Counted from the stretch's first letter, positions 9,941-19,929 are shown. The stretch is 64,000 bases of DNA from Chloroflexota bacterium (GCA_963663275.1 OY760183.1:1984001-2048000); one strand, 5' to 3'. Translations and numbers: made by a program. The notes: a model not told the origin generated them from the letters alone.

Positions 9941-10146
9941 AGGCTTGCCAACGTCTCCCCGTAAGCGAGGCGAAGCGCGATTTCGTTTGTGGTGGCTGTG
10001 CCTCCAAGACCAGCATACCCCGCCGCCGGAGCGGCAGTCCACCGGCGGGCGTGGTGCGGGGAACCGCTGCTTGATCGTGACAATTCAGAAGACCCGGCGC
10101 GCTCCCTTGATGGGAAACCCGTAGGTGTTCTGGTAGTCTTGCGGGC

Positions 10147-11556
10147 ATGATGGCAGATACGGTCTGTGACGTGCGCAATCCGCGGGCGCGCTCAGTCCTT
10201 CCCACGTTCGAAAGGGTCCTGCCGCGCAGCCAAAGGCCGGTAAGCGCCGCCTCGGCCGCGGTTTTCCGGATCGCGTTCGGGCTGTTGGGGTTGGCGGCGG
10301 TCTGCCGCTTTACGATGAAGGGCTGGATCGACGCGCTCTACGTGGAACCGGCGCATCACTTCACGTACGTCGGGTTCGGCTGGGTGCAGGCGTGGCCGGC
10401 GTGGGGCATGTACCTGCACTTCGCGCTGCTGGCCTGCGCGAGCCTGGGCGTGGCGCTGGGCTACCGGTACCGACTTTCGATTACGGCATTCTTCCTGCTG
10501 TTCACTTACATAGAACTCATCGACAAGACAACCTACTTGAACCACTACTACTGGGTCAGCTTGGTTAGCTTCTTGATGGTATTCCTGCCTATGGAGCGGA
10601 TGTGGTCGCTGGACGCCCGGCGCAATCCATCCCTTTCCAGTGAGACGATTCCGGCGTGGGTGATATGGGCGCTGAGCGCGCAGGTAGGCGTCGTCTACCT
10701 CTTTGGCGGACTGGCGAAACTGAACCCCGACTGGCTCTTCCACGCGCAACCGCTGCGCATCTGGCTCTACAACAGCGGCGACTTGCCGCTCATCGGGCCG
10801 CTGCTCAAGGAAGCATGGGCGGCGTACGCCGTGAGTTGGGCCGGCGCGGCCTTCGACCTGACGATCACCGGCTGGCTGCTGTGGCGGCGGAGCCGGCCGT
10901 TTGCCTACGCCGTGCTGGTGGCGTTTCACGTGATGACGTGGCTACTCTTTCCCATCGGCATGTTTCCCTGGATCATGATCGCCGCGACTCTTATATTCTT
11001 CCCTCCCGACTGGCCGCTGCGATTGCTGGCCCGGCTGCGCAGGCGGCGGCTTGGCAATGTTGTAGCGCTCTCTTCACCCGCAACGTACAAGACAACGTGG
11101 CGCTGGCGTTTGGGAGCGGCGGGACTGGCCCTGTTTGCTCTCGTGCAAGTAGCGCTGCCGCTGCGCCACTTCGCGTATCCCGGCAACGTGCGCTGGAACG
11201 AGGAGGGCTACCGCTTCGCGTGGCGCGTGATGCTGACGGAGAAGGTTGGCCACGTGCGCTTTTGGGTGACCGATACGGCGACGGGGGAGCAATGGCTGGA
11301 GTATCCGGAGCGGTACCTCACCGCGCTGCAAGCCGAGCGCATGGCGTACCAACCGGACATGATTCTCGCTACCGCTCATATCGTCGCCCAAGAAGCCGCA
11401 GAGCGAGGCCGCAACGTGGAAGTGCGGGCGGACGCGTTCGTGGCGTTCAACGGCCGGCGCGCGGCGCGGATGATAGACCCTACCGTGGATCTGGCGCGGG
11501 TCAGGCATGGGATCGGGCCGAAGACGTGGGTGCTGCCCGCGCCGAACGTGCCTTGA
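10147..11556 (+). CDS. HTTM-domain / vitamin K-dependent gamma-glutamyl carboxylase-like membrane protein
   Basis: FRIAFG, DKTTYLNHYY, GLAKLNPDWL, IGMFPW, WNEEGYRFAWRVMLTEK, QPDMI motifs. Confidence 0.88.
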   Translation: MMADTVCDVRNPRARSVLPTFERVLPRSQRPVSAASAAVFRIAFGLLGLAAVCRFTMKGWIDALYVEPAHHFTYVGFGWVQAWPAWGMYLHFALLACASLGVALGYRYRLSITAFFLLFTYIELIDKTTYLNHYYWVSLVSFLMVFLPMERMWSLDARRNPSLSSETIPAWVIWALSAQVGVVYLFGGLAKLNPDWLFHAQPLRIWLYNSGDLPLIGPLLKEAWAAYAVSWAGAAFDLTITGWLLWRRSRPFAYAVLVAFHVMTWLLFPIGMFPWIMIAATLIFFPPDWPLRLLARLRRRRLGNVVALSSPATYKTTWRWRLGAAGLALFALVQVALPLRHFAYPGNVRWNEEGYRFAWRVMLTEKVGHVRFWVTDTATGEQWLEYPERYLTALQAERMAYQPDMILATAHIVAQEAAERGRNVEVRADAFVAFNGRRAARMIDPTVDLARVRHGIGPKTWVLPAPNVP

Positions 11557-11624
11557 ACTAAGCGCCTTGCCTGAGAGCGTGTGTATGTTGCGCGCCAAGC
11601 CTGGCCTATGCTCCGATACGGGGA

Positions 11625-11825
11625 GGCGGGGGACAAGCCCCAATACTGTCGCATTAACGTAGCGCGGGGGCTTGTCCGCCGCCAGAACAAGAAAGATGAT
11701 AGCGAAATGGATTGACCCTACGGAAGACGCAGGTTACAAACCTGCGCTACCGGAGAAACAAGCGTAGTTTTCACTTTCATTGCGTTTAATGCGACAACAT
11801 TAGGGACAAGCCCCCGCGCTACGGC
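11625..11825. mobile_element. MITE-like composite element with TGTCGCATTAA inverted ends, containing REP families B and C
   Basis: Near-identical inverted copies at about 55335-55497 and 61757-61935, variant at about 23685-23875. GGACAAGCCCC occurs on both sides. Confidence 0.7.
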
Positions 11826-11901
11826 TGGTAAGAGTGGCTCCAGGGGGAGTGCGGCAATGGAACGGCAACAGTGTTCAGGCGCTTAACGGGCAGACTCGCC
11901 G

Positions 11902-13002
11902 TTAGCGTGTGCTGTCCCCGTCCGTGTCGCTGAAGCCGACGGAGACGCCCAAGAGGCTGACCACCTCGGTGCTGAGGGTGCGTTGGAGTTCCGCCAGGCG
12001 GTCGTGGACGGCCTTCACCCGCTCCGGTTGTTCTTCCAGCGCCGCGCGCAGCGGCATATCCACGGCGTCGATGGCCGCGAGTGACTCCGCAAAGTGCGTA
12101 CGCATCCGGTCGTCAACTTCGTCGGACAGGTCGCGGACTATGTCCGAAATTCCCAGACCGGCGTTGTCTTCACTGCCCAGATAGACGTCCCTCATGCCCA
12201 GAATCTCATTGCGCAGGTCGTCGAGGGCATTGGCGCCGTTCCCGCCGGGGATAGCGGAGGTATCCGCGCCGCCTTCGCGCAGGCCCAGCGCCGCAGCCAG
12301 CCGCATGTCCACGATGGTGCGAATAAGGAAGACCTGCGTGCGCACCACGTCGGCGACCGCCTGCCCGGTGATCAGCGAACTGGCCGAACGCCCGGTGAAG
12401 AAATCCTGATACGGCGGCTGGCCGTCCACGGACGTCGTCCAATCCTGCAAGATGGCGGCGGTTTCATCCTCGATCACTTGCCCGAGGGCGACCAAGTATT
12501 CGCAGCGGGGCGAGGCTTGCTGGGAAAGAAGCTCCAGGGCATCGGCATCGAACAGCACGTACTCGATGGCGCCAAGTCCGCGCTGGGTCGAGGCCAGCCG
12601 GTTGCGCGCGTCGGCCGCGGTGGTGGCGGGGTTCTCCGCCAGCATCGCCTCGATGCGCTCCGGGTCTACGTTCGACCAGTCGATGAGGCCGACGGCGCGC
12701 CGGTCCATCACCGGGCCGAACCAGGTCGCCTCCGCCCGCATCCAAGGCGCGCTGGCATCACGCCAGGCTTGCCGCGCCTTGGTCAGCGATTCCGCCGACG
12801 GCTGGGCGCAGAGTTCTTCCAACGCGGCGCGCAGGTCGCGCGCCTCCGCCGCGACGGTTTCGTAGCCGGGGACGATGACCGAATCGGTAAGACTGATCAG
12901 CACCTCGCTCTCGTCCGGCGCGCCGGAGCCGCAGCCGAGCGGGAGAGCAAGCAAGAGCGCAAGACCGATCGAACGTAGCAGAGGTTTCAAGCGGGCAAAC
13001 AC
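11902..13002 (-). CDS. Imelysin-family lipoprotein (iron-uptake associated)
   Basis: Lipobox LPLGC, ARQAW, FGPVMD, GLGAIEYVLF, C-terminal LGVSVGFSDTDGD. Confidence 0.88.
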   Translation of the reverse strand: MFARLKPLLRSIGLALLLALPLGCGSGAPDESEVLISLTDSVIVPGYETVAAEARDLRAALEELCAQPSAESLTKARQAWRDASAPWMRAEATWFGPVMDRRAVGLIDWSNVDPERIEAMLAENPATTAADARNRLASTQRGLGAIEYVLFDADALELLSQQASPRCEYLVALGQVIEDETAAILQDWTTSVDGQPPYQDFFTGRSASSLITGQAVADVVRTQVFLIRTIVDMRLAAALGLREGGADTSAIPGGNGANALDDLRNEILGMRDVYLGSEDNAGLGISDIVRDLSDEVDDRMRTHFAESLAAIDAVDMPLRAALEEQPERVKAVHDRLAELQRTLSTEVVSLLGVSVGFSDTDGDSTR

Positions 13003-13218
13003 GGCAGCATCATCCTCAAACCCGCGCTTCGCGCCTATAACCGAGAATACTTTACATAAGCTAACAACGGCCAGTCACGCCGCATCGAGGGAGAACCGCG
13101 CTGTGCCTCCACGCCGTGTACATGCCGCAATCGACGAAGCGGCGCGATTGCGCGGGAAACGGTCCCAGGTTGCGCCGGCACGGGCCAAGCGCAGCTTTCG
13201 CGAGAGCCCGGCGCGGCC

Positions 13219-13881
13219 TTACTCTTCGCTCTCTTCCTCCGCAGCCCCCTCTTCGCCTTCCTCGCCTTCCACGCCCTCGCCCTCTAGTTCCTCGTCCTCT
13301 TCCGGCGTCTCTTCCTCGATCACGCGCGGCCGTTCCGCCCGCACCACAAGGTCGTCGAATTCCGCTTCTATGGTGACCCCCTCCGGGGTCTCCAGGTCGC
13401 TGACCAGCAGCGCGTGGTCTATGTCGGCGAGCACGCTCACGTCGACGACGAAGTTCTCAGGAATGTCATCCGGCAAGGCGGAGACCGACACTTCGTTCAT
13501 GTGTTGGATGACAATGCCGCCGAGTTCCAGCGCGGGCGCTTGACCGACAATGGCCACCGGCACCAAGGCGCTGACCGGCTTCGTCAGGTCTACCTGCAAG
13601 AAGCTCACGTGCAGCACGCGGCTGGTCGGCGGGTCGTGCTGCACCTCTTGCACGAGCACCGGCAAGGAGTCCGCGCCGTTGACCGCCAGGTCGATGACGC
13701 CGGTGCTGCCCGCGCGTTGGTGCACGGCGATGAATTCACGCCCCTCCATCGTGAGCGGAATCGGCTCCATGTCGAGGCCGTAGACGTTCCCCGGCACTAA
13801 GCCGTCGCGGCGCAGCCGCCGCACTTGCTTGCCAAAGGTCTCGCGCCGATCCGCTTGTAGCTGTTCGTGTTGTCTGGCCAT
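13219..13881 (-). CDS. rplY: 50S ribosomal protein L25/Ctc
   Basis: GKQVRRLRRDGLVPGNVYG, VQEVQHDP, HVSFLQV, acidic tail. Confidence 0.93.
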   Translation of the reverse strand: MARQHEQLQADRRETFGKQVRRLRRDGLVPGNVYGLDMEPIPLTMEGREFIAVHQRAGSTGVIDLAVNGADSLPVLVQEVQHDPPTSRVLHVSFLQVDLTKPVSALVPVAIVGQAPALELGGIVIQHMNEVSVSALPDDIPENFVVDVSVLADIDHALLVSDLETPEGVTIEAEFDDLVVRAERPRVIEEETPEEDEELEGEGVEGEEGEEGAAEEESEE

Positions 13882-14198
13882 GCGCCCCTCAATCTCCTGC
13901 GCCGCCTCGCGGCCTGTCTTTGGTTGTTCGCTGTCCGGTTACGATAAAGAAAGGCACGCCGCTCTCCGCGCTCAGCCACAGGTCTGCAAACGCACCATCT
14001 ACCTACTTTACATGCTTGGCAGCCGCACGCCAAGTTGTGGGAAGGCATCCACGGCGCGGCGCAGGCCGCTCGGCATAGCGATTTCCTGGCAGTGTTTGCC
14101 AGCACAGTCGCAGATCGTTGCATGGGATTTCGGTACAATAGGTAGGGTGCGAGCGGTGTAGAGTGAACAGTGAGATTCTGTCCCTCAGGGCGTTGGCA

Positions 14199-15110
14199 AT
14201 GGCAGGTACGGTAAAGAAAGCATTCTTGCGGGAACTGACCGCCCAGTTTGGGTCGGTTGAACGAGTGAATCGCAGCCAATCTCTCTACGTGGTCGGTGAC
14301 GATGCGGCTCGAGTCTACATTCGCTACTCGAAAGTCCATAATGGCGATCGCGCATTCTACGGATTGAGGGAAGAAGACCTGCGCGAGTTAGCGGGACACC
14401 GTTCGACAATATGCTTTCTGTGGGAAGGTCAGGTTGAACCGCTATGTGTGCCCTTTGCCGAGTATGAGGAAGTATTCCATGCGGTGTTGCCGGCTCGAGA
14501 CGGCCAGTACAAAGTAATGGTCTATTTGGAGGAAAGCAGCACAGAACTCTACATAGCTGGCGCCGGCAGATTCGACGTCGCCGGTGACAGGGGCTGGCAA
14601 ACGCTGGGCGCCTTGATCGATGCGGATAGGCTGCGCGCGCAGCCGGACCTGTCGCATCCACAGGTGCAAACGCTGCTTGGGGCAATTGGCAGCGCAAAAG
14701 GATTTGACGTTTGGATTCCACAAAGCGACCGACCAAGAATGGATTGGTCATTGACGTTGCCTTTCGGCGTCCGGGAGATTCTGCCACTTGGATATGATGC
14801 GGTAGCCGCCACGCTGGCGGAAGTGGACGTCATATGGATTAGCAGAGGCGCAGACGTGCTGCAAGCGCTTTTTGAAGTAGAGCACACGACACCCATATAT
14901 TCCGGCTTGTTGCGTTTCAATGATGTGCACTTGACAGCACCTAAATTGCTTCCTCGGTTTAGTGTCGTATCAAGGGTCGCGCGGCGCGATCTCTTTGCAC
15001 GGCAGTTAAGGAGGCCTACGTTTCAGACCAGCGGGCTATATAAGCTGTGCACGTTTCTGGACTATCGCAACGTGCTCGAGTGGCACAACCGCATTGCTCG
15101 ACAAGACTGA
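14199..15110 (+). CDS. Putative PD-(D/E)XK restriction-endonuclease-like protein
   Basis: C-terminal VDVIW...FEVEHTTPIYSGLLRFND. Visibly lower GC than its neighbours. Alternative GTG start at 14163. Confidence 0.6.
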   Translation: MAGTVKKAFLRELTAQFGSVERVNRSQSLYVVGDDAARVYIRYSKVHNGDRAFYGLREEDLRELAGHRSTICFLWEGQVEPLCVPFAEYEEVFHAVLPARDGQYKVMVYLEESSTELYIAGAGRFDVAGDRGWQTLGALIDADRLRAQPDLSHPQVQTLLGAIGSAKGFDVWIPQSDRPRMDWSLTLPFGVREILPLGYDAVAATLAEVDVIWISRGADVLQALFEVEHTTPIYSGLLRFNDVHLTAPKLLPRFSVVSRVARRDLFARQLRRPTFQTSGLYKLCTFLDYRNVLEWHNRIARQD

Positions 15111-15158
15111 GGGGTGTAAGCGTCACTCCGAATCTCTCTAGGGCGAAGAAGAAGGACC

Positions 15159-15734
15159 ATGAAGCAGAAAGACAGACTCGATAGACCCCTGGTCGGCATT
15201 ATCATGGGTTCGCAGTCCGATTGGGAGACGATGCGCCACGCGGTGGAGACCCTGGAGGAATTGGGCGTGCCGCATGAGGCGCGGGTGGTCTCGGCGCACC
15301 GCACGCCGGACCAGATGTTCGCGTATGCGGAGACGGCGGCGGAGCGCGGCATCGAGGTGATCATCGCCGGGGCCGGCGGGGCGGCGCATCTGCCCGGCAT
15401 GACGGCGGCCAAGACCAGCCTGCCGGTGCTGGGCGTGCCCGTGCAATCGCGGGCGCTCAACGGCATGGACTCGCTCCTCTCCATCGCGCAGATGCCGGCG
15501 GGCGTGCCGGTGGGCACGTTGGCGATCGGCCGCGCCGGGGCGGTGAACGCGGCGCTGCTGGCCGCCGCGATTCTGGGCGCCAAGCACCCGCAATTTCGTT
15601 CGGCCTATGAAAAATATCGGGAGCGGCAGACCGGCGCCGTGCTGGCAGACCCGGTTCCAGGGAATCCCGTTCATGCTTCGACAGGCTCAGCACGAACGGA
15701 TTTAGCGCCAGGAGATTCAGCCCAAGCGGGTTAA
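15159..15734 (+). CDS. purE: N5-CAIR mutase
   Basis: [27 protein letters not shown]. The C-terminus runs into a family A REP. Confidence 0.96.
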   Translation: MKQKDRLDRPLVGIIMGSQSDWETMRHAVETLEELGVPHEARVVSAHRTPDQMFAYAETAAERGIEVIIAGAGGAAHLPGMTAAKTSLPVLGVPVQSRALNGMDSLLSIAQMPAGVPVGTLAIGRAGAVNAALLAAAILGAKHPQFRSAYEKYRERQTGAVLADPVPGNPVHASTGSARTDLAPGDSAQAG

Positions 15735-15929
15735 GCACGAGTGGGTTAGGCAGGAGCGGGGTCGGCGAGAGCGGATTGAGCACGAATGGATTCGGCCCGA
15801 GCGGGTTGAACACGAACAGATTTAGCGACTACGGGTTCAACACGAGCGGATTCAGCGAGGACGGGTTCAGACCGGATGGTTTCAGCAAGGATGGGTTCAA
15901 CGAGAACGGGTTTTGTGGGAACAGGTTCG
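15690..15929 (+). repeat. 16 x 15-bp degenerate tandem repeat, encoding xxxG[F/L]-type pentapeptides in the purK frame
   Basis: Units such as GCACGAACGGATTTA and ACACGAGCGGATTCA, with no indels. Confidence 0.85.
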
Positions 15930-15931
15930 GC

Positions 15932-17029
15932 ATGATGGTTGGCATTCTGGGCGGCGGGCAGCTTGGGCGGATGCTGGCGCTGGCGGGGTATCCGCTGGGA
16001 CTGCGGTTCCGCGTGCTCGAAACGTATGCGGACGCGCCGGCCGCGGACCTGGCCGAATTCGTCGTGGGGGAGAGTTACGACGACCGCGAGGCGCTGGCGC
16101 GATTTGCCGGCGGCCTCACGTTGGCCACCTACGAATTTGAGAACGTGCCGGTGGCGGCGGCGCGCTTCCTGGCAAGCCGTGTCCCGGTCTACCCGCCGCC
16201 GCAAGCCCTGGAGGTTTCCCAGGACCGCCAGACCGAGAAGACCTTCTTCCGCACGCTTGACATTCCCACGCCCGATTTCAGGGCGGTCGATTCCCAAGAA
16301 ACGCTTGAGACCGCGTTGCGCGCGCTGGGAACGCCCGCCGTGCTCAAGACCCGGCGGCTGGGCTACGACGGCAAAGGCCAGCGCATCCTGCGGCGGGCGG
16401 CCGACGCCCAAGAGTCCTGGATTGCCCTCCAGGGACAGCCGCTCATACTCGAGGCTTTCGTGCCGTTCGACCGGGAAGTCTCGCTGCTCTCCGTGCGCGG
16501 GCGGGACGGCGGCACGGCATTCTATCCGCTGATTGAGAATTACCATCACGAGGGCATTCTGCGCCGTTCCATCGCGCCCGCGCCGGCAACGCCGCCTACG
16601 CTCGAAGCGCAAGCGGAATCGTACGGCCGGCGGGTGCTGGAGGCGCTGGATTACGTGGGCGCGCTGGCGATCGAGTTCTTCCAGGTCGGCGACCGTTTGC
16701 TCGCCAACGAGATGGCGCCCCGGGTGCACAACTCCGGCCACTGGACGATCGAAGGAGCGGAAACGAGCCAGTTCGAGAACCATCTGCGCGCCGTGCTCGG
16801 CCTACCCCTGGGCGCGACTACCCCGCGCGGCTATTCGGTCATGCTCAACCTCATCGGCGAGATTCCCGACCATGCCGCCATGCTGGCGCTGCCCAACGCC
16901 CACCTGCACCTCTACGCCAAAGAGCCGCGTCCCGGCCGCAAGTTGGGGCACATTACCGTGCGCGGCGATGACGAGCACGCGACACGCAGCGCGGCAGCCG
17001 CGCTTCAAGACGGCTTGGGGCTGCGCTGA
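15932..17029 (+). CDS. purK: N5-CAIR synthase (ATP-grasp)
   Basis: VGILGGGQLGRM, TYEFENVP, GYDGKGQ, NEMAPRVHNSGH. Alternative TTG start at 15776. Confidence 0.95.
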   Translation: MMVGILGGGQLGRMLALAGYPLGLRFRVLETYADAPAADLAEFVVGESYDDREALARFAGGLTLATYEFENVPVAAARFLASRVPVYPPPQALEVSQDRQTEKTFFRTLDIPTPDFRAVDSQETLETALRALGTPAVLKTRRLGYDGKGQRILRRAADAQESWIALQGQPLILEAFVPFDREVSLLSVRGRDGGTAFYPLIENYHHEGILRRSIAPAPATPPTLEAQAESYGRRVLEALDYVGALAIEFFQVGDRLLANEMAPRVHNSGHWTIEGAETSQFENHLRAVLGLPLGATTPRGYSVMLNLIGEIPDHAAMLALPNAHLHLYAKEPRPGRKLGHITVRGDDEHATRSAAAALQDGLGLR

Positions 17030-17137
17030 ACAGCGGGCCGGCGAGGCACGCCTCCTGTGCCGTGCGCATTCCGGGCGGCATTGGGCTATAGTGAGAATCA
17101 GAACACCGGCCAGAACGAAGTCGAGGAGAATCGCTCT

Positions 17138-17581
17138 ATGGACGTTCAGGTATACGGCGTCAATCACGTCGGCATCGAGGTGGACGACGTGGAGAAGGCG
17201 GTGGCTTTCTACGAGGACGTCTTCAATCTCGAAATGCTGCGCGGCGGCGAGGGCGCGGCCTGGTGCCAACTGGGGAACCACCAGTTTCTGGCGATCTTCG
17301 AGGTGGAAGAGTTGCAGCCGGAGCGGTCGCGCCACATTGGCATCATGGTGCGCGATGAGGAGCAACTCGCCAGCGTGCGCGACAAGCTGCGCGCCAAGTA
17401 CAAGCTGGACGTCATGTCCAACGACTACATTCGCTGCGACTTCCGCGATCCCTGGGGCAACCGCATCCAGGTGGTGGACCTGCACGACGAGTCGCTGGTG
17501 TGGCTGCTGCCCTACCAGGAAGTGCAAGAGGCAGGCATCGTCTTTCCGGCGCCGCAGGCTGACGCCGGGGCTGATGAATGA
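17138..17581 (+). CDS. VOC/glyoxalase-family protein
   Basis: NHVGIEVDDVEKAVAFY, HIGIMV, FRDPWGNRIQV. Confidence 0.88.
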   Translation: MDVQVYGVNHVGIEVDDVEKAVAFYEDVFNLEMLRGGEGAAWCQLGNHQFLAIFEVEELQPERSRHIGIMVRDEEQLASVRDKLRAKYKLDVMSNDYIRCDFRDPWGNRIQVVDLHDESLVWLLPYQEVQEAGIVFPAPQADAGADE

Positions 17582-17591
17582 GGAGCAGGGC

Positions 17592-18710
17592 ATGACCCCG
17601 GCAGACGTACGCGCGCTCTTTCCCATTCTCAGCGAGCGGGCGTACCTCTTCAGCGGCGGGATCGCGCCGGCTTCGACGCCTATGCTGGCGGCGGTCAGGC
17701 AGCATCTGGCCGCGCTCACCTACAATACCGGCGATCTCTATCCCCGCTTCATGGACGAAACCCGCGTGCTGCGCGAACGCTTTGCGGCGCTCATGGGAGC
17801 GGATGAAGACGAAATCGTGGTGAACGACAGCACGTCCGCGGGGTCGAGCCTCGCCGTCAGCTTGGTCGAGCCAAAGCCCGGCGGCAACGTGGTGTTCGAC
17901 GGGTTTCCGTATCCCTCCAGCGTCTATCCCTGGATGCTGCCGCCGCGCGACGCGCTGGAGCGCCGTTTCGTCGCGCCGCGGGACGGTCTCATTCACATGG
18001 AGGACATGGAGCGCGCGGTCGACGACGATACGGTCGCGGTGAGCGTCTCCCACGTTACGCCCGCGCAGGGCTTCCGCCACGGCATGGGCGCGCTGGCGCG
18101 GCTGGCGCATGAGCATGGCGCGTTGCTCATCGTGGACGGCGCGCAGTCGGCCGGCGGGCTGAACATCGATCTCCACGCGAGCGGCGTCGATTTCTTTGCC
18201 ACCACCGCCATGAAGTGGCTGCTGGGGCCGGCCGGCGTGGGCTTTCTCTACGTGGCGAAACGCCATCTCGACCGGCAGCCGCCGACCGCCGGCTGGGTAA
18301 GCACGGTCAGAACGGATATGGAAGAACTGCGCTTGCTGCCCAGCGCGGAGCGGTTCCAGCTTGGAATGCCGAATTTGATGGGCGTGGCCGCCGCGCTGCC
18401 GGGCATCGAGATCTTACTGGAGACCGGCATGGCCGCCGTGGAAGCCCACGTGCTTGAGCTAACGCAGTACTGCATCGATGGGCTGCGGGAAAGAGGAATC
18501 ACCGTGCGCACGCCGCAGGATCCCCTCCGGCGCGCGGGTGTGATCGCCGCCGAGATCGAAGATGCGGGCGCGGTGCAAGCCTTCCTTACGGAGCGCGGCG
18601 TGGATACCTATTTCCTCCGCAATCTCTTTCGCGTGGATCCGCACGTGTTCAATAACCGCGCGGACATCGACCGCTTGCTGGCGGACATCGACGCTTTTCG
18701 CGCGGGCTAG
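17592..18710 (+). CDS. Class V PLP-dependent aminotransferase-fold enzyme
   Basis: VDGAQSAG and AMKWLLGPAGVGFLYV. No desulfurase catalytic Cys loop is seen. Confidence 0.88.
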   Translation: MTPADVRALFPILSERAYLFSGGIAPASTPMLAAVRQHLAALTYNTGDLYPRFMDETRVLRERFAALMGADEDEIVVNDSTSAGSSLAVSLVEPKPGGNVVFDGFPYPSSVYPWMLPPRDALERRFVAPRDGLIHMEDMERAVDDDTVAVSVSHVTPAQGFRHGMGALARLAHEHGALLIVDGAQSAGGLNIDLHASGVDFFATTAMKWLLGPAGVGFLYVAKRHLDRQPPTAGWVSTVRTDMEELRLLPSAERFQLGMPNLMGVAAALPGIEILLETGMAAVEAHVLELTQYCIDGLRERGITVRTPQDPLRRAGVIAAEIEDAGAVQAFLTERGVDTYFLRNLFRVDPHVFNNRADIDRLLADIDAFRAG

Positions 18711-18767
18711 GGGGGCGCGGGAATGTCCGCGCGTCGGGCAGAGAACGCAGTCGTAAAGGAGAGAGTT

Positions 18768-19793
18768 ATGCGGGTTGGTCTTGTCGGCGCCGGACACATG
18801 ATGCAGGTCACGCACCTGCCGTCGCTATTGCAAATCGCCGGGGTTGAATTGGTTAGCCTTGCCGAGTTGGACTGCGCCCGCGCCGAGAAATTGGCCGCGG
18901 CCTATCGGATACCGCGCATCTACGGCAGCGCCGATGAACTCGCCGCGCACGCGGATGAAATCGACTGCGCCGTGGTGGTGACGTTGAAGGAACACCACGC
19001 CGCCGCCATCATCCCGCTGTTGGAAGCCGGCGTGCCGGTCTTCACCGAAAAGCCGCTGGCGGGCACACGTGAAGACGGCGAGAAGATTCAAGAGGCGAGC
19101 GTTCGCAGCGGCGCGCCAGTGATGGTCGGCTACATGCGCCAGTTCGATCCCGCCGTGCAACGCGCCCGCAGGCTGCTCGCGGAAGGGCGCATTGGCCACG
19201 TGCGCTTTGCCCAGTTCCGGGATTTTGGCGGCAACTGGCACATGGGCGCGGCGGCGCTGCACACGCTGCCCATCGGCCCGGAACGGCAAGCCTCCGCCGC
19301 GCCGCCGCCCGCGCCGGCTCCCCAAGCGGAGTCCCACGAAGGCGCCTTAGTCGAGTTGATTGAGGTCTGGGTGCACGACGTCAATCTCATGCGGCATCTG
19401 CTGGGCGAGCCGAGCGGCGTGCGGTACGCCAGCCTGGGGCCGCCGCGATTAGCCGTGCTCGACTACGGCGCGCATGAAACCGTCTTGGAAGTCGGGAAGT
19501 TGTCGTATGCCAACGCTCCCTGGGACCAGGCGGCCACCATCTACGGCACAGAAGGGCGCATCGAACTCGTGCACCCGCCGCCGCTGCTCTTCCGCCAACC
19601 CTCCGCCGTCATCCTGCACACGCCGGAAGGCTCCACGCGCCTGGACGTGCCGGCGCGCGAGGGCTTTACTGAAGAAATCCGCTACTTTCTCGATTGCGTG
19701 CGGCAGGGCGTAACTCCCACCCCCGACCCGGCGGAAGGCTTGGCCGACATCGCCCTCTGCGAGCGGATCGTCGCCGCGGCTCCGCGGCCTTAA
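18768..19793 (+). CDS. Gfo/Idh/MocA-family oxidoreductase
   Basis: VGLVGAG, VFTEKPLA, VGYMRQFDP. Confidence 0.9.
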   Translation: MRVGLVGAGHMMQVTHLPSLLQIAGVELVSLAELDCARAEKLAAAYRIPRIYGSADELAAHADEIDCAVVVTLKEHHAAAIIPLLEAGVPVFTEKPLAGTREDGEKIQEASVRSGAPVMVGYMRQFDPAVQRARRLLAEGRIGHVRFAQFRDFGGNWHMGAAALHTLPIGPERQASAAPPPAPAPQAESHEGALVELIEVWVHDVNLMRHLLGEPSGVRYASLGPPRLAVLDYGAHETVLEVGKLSYANAPWDQAATIYGTEGRIELVHPPPLLFRQPSAVILHTPEGSTRLDVPAREGFTEEIRYFLDCVRQGVTPTPDPAEGLADIALCERIVAAAPRP

Positions 19794-19898
19794 TTCAGTC
19801 TCCCCTGCACAGCGAGTTTCCCGCTCAATCCCCATCGGCAGTTGAGGGAGCGCCGCGCCGGTTGGGGGACTTGCATCCTGTCGCGCATTAAGCTACCA

Positions 19899-19929
19899 TT
19901 GCACATTGTCTACATTCTAACTGTACAAT
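19899..19929 (+). promoter_or_regulatory. Promoter TTGCAC-N19-TACAAT with overlapping CATTGT...ACAATG inverted repeat
   Basis: AT-rich intergenic tract upstream of the beta-propeller gene. Confidence 0.45.

Noticed and set aside
15600-15740. Programmed -1 frameshift fusing PurE to PurK
   Set aside because: The frames would permit it, but no canonical slippery heptamer with a properly spaced structure was found.
16533-18710. 725-aa ORF as a single protein
   Set aside because: The N-terminal half is an off-frame overlap of purK and the VOC gene; the real gene starts at 17592 after an AGGAG SD.
17592-18710. Selenocysteine lyase/cysteine desulfurase linked to the selenoprotein
   Set aside because: It lacks the C-terminal catalytic Cys loop and lies 18 kb away.
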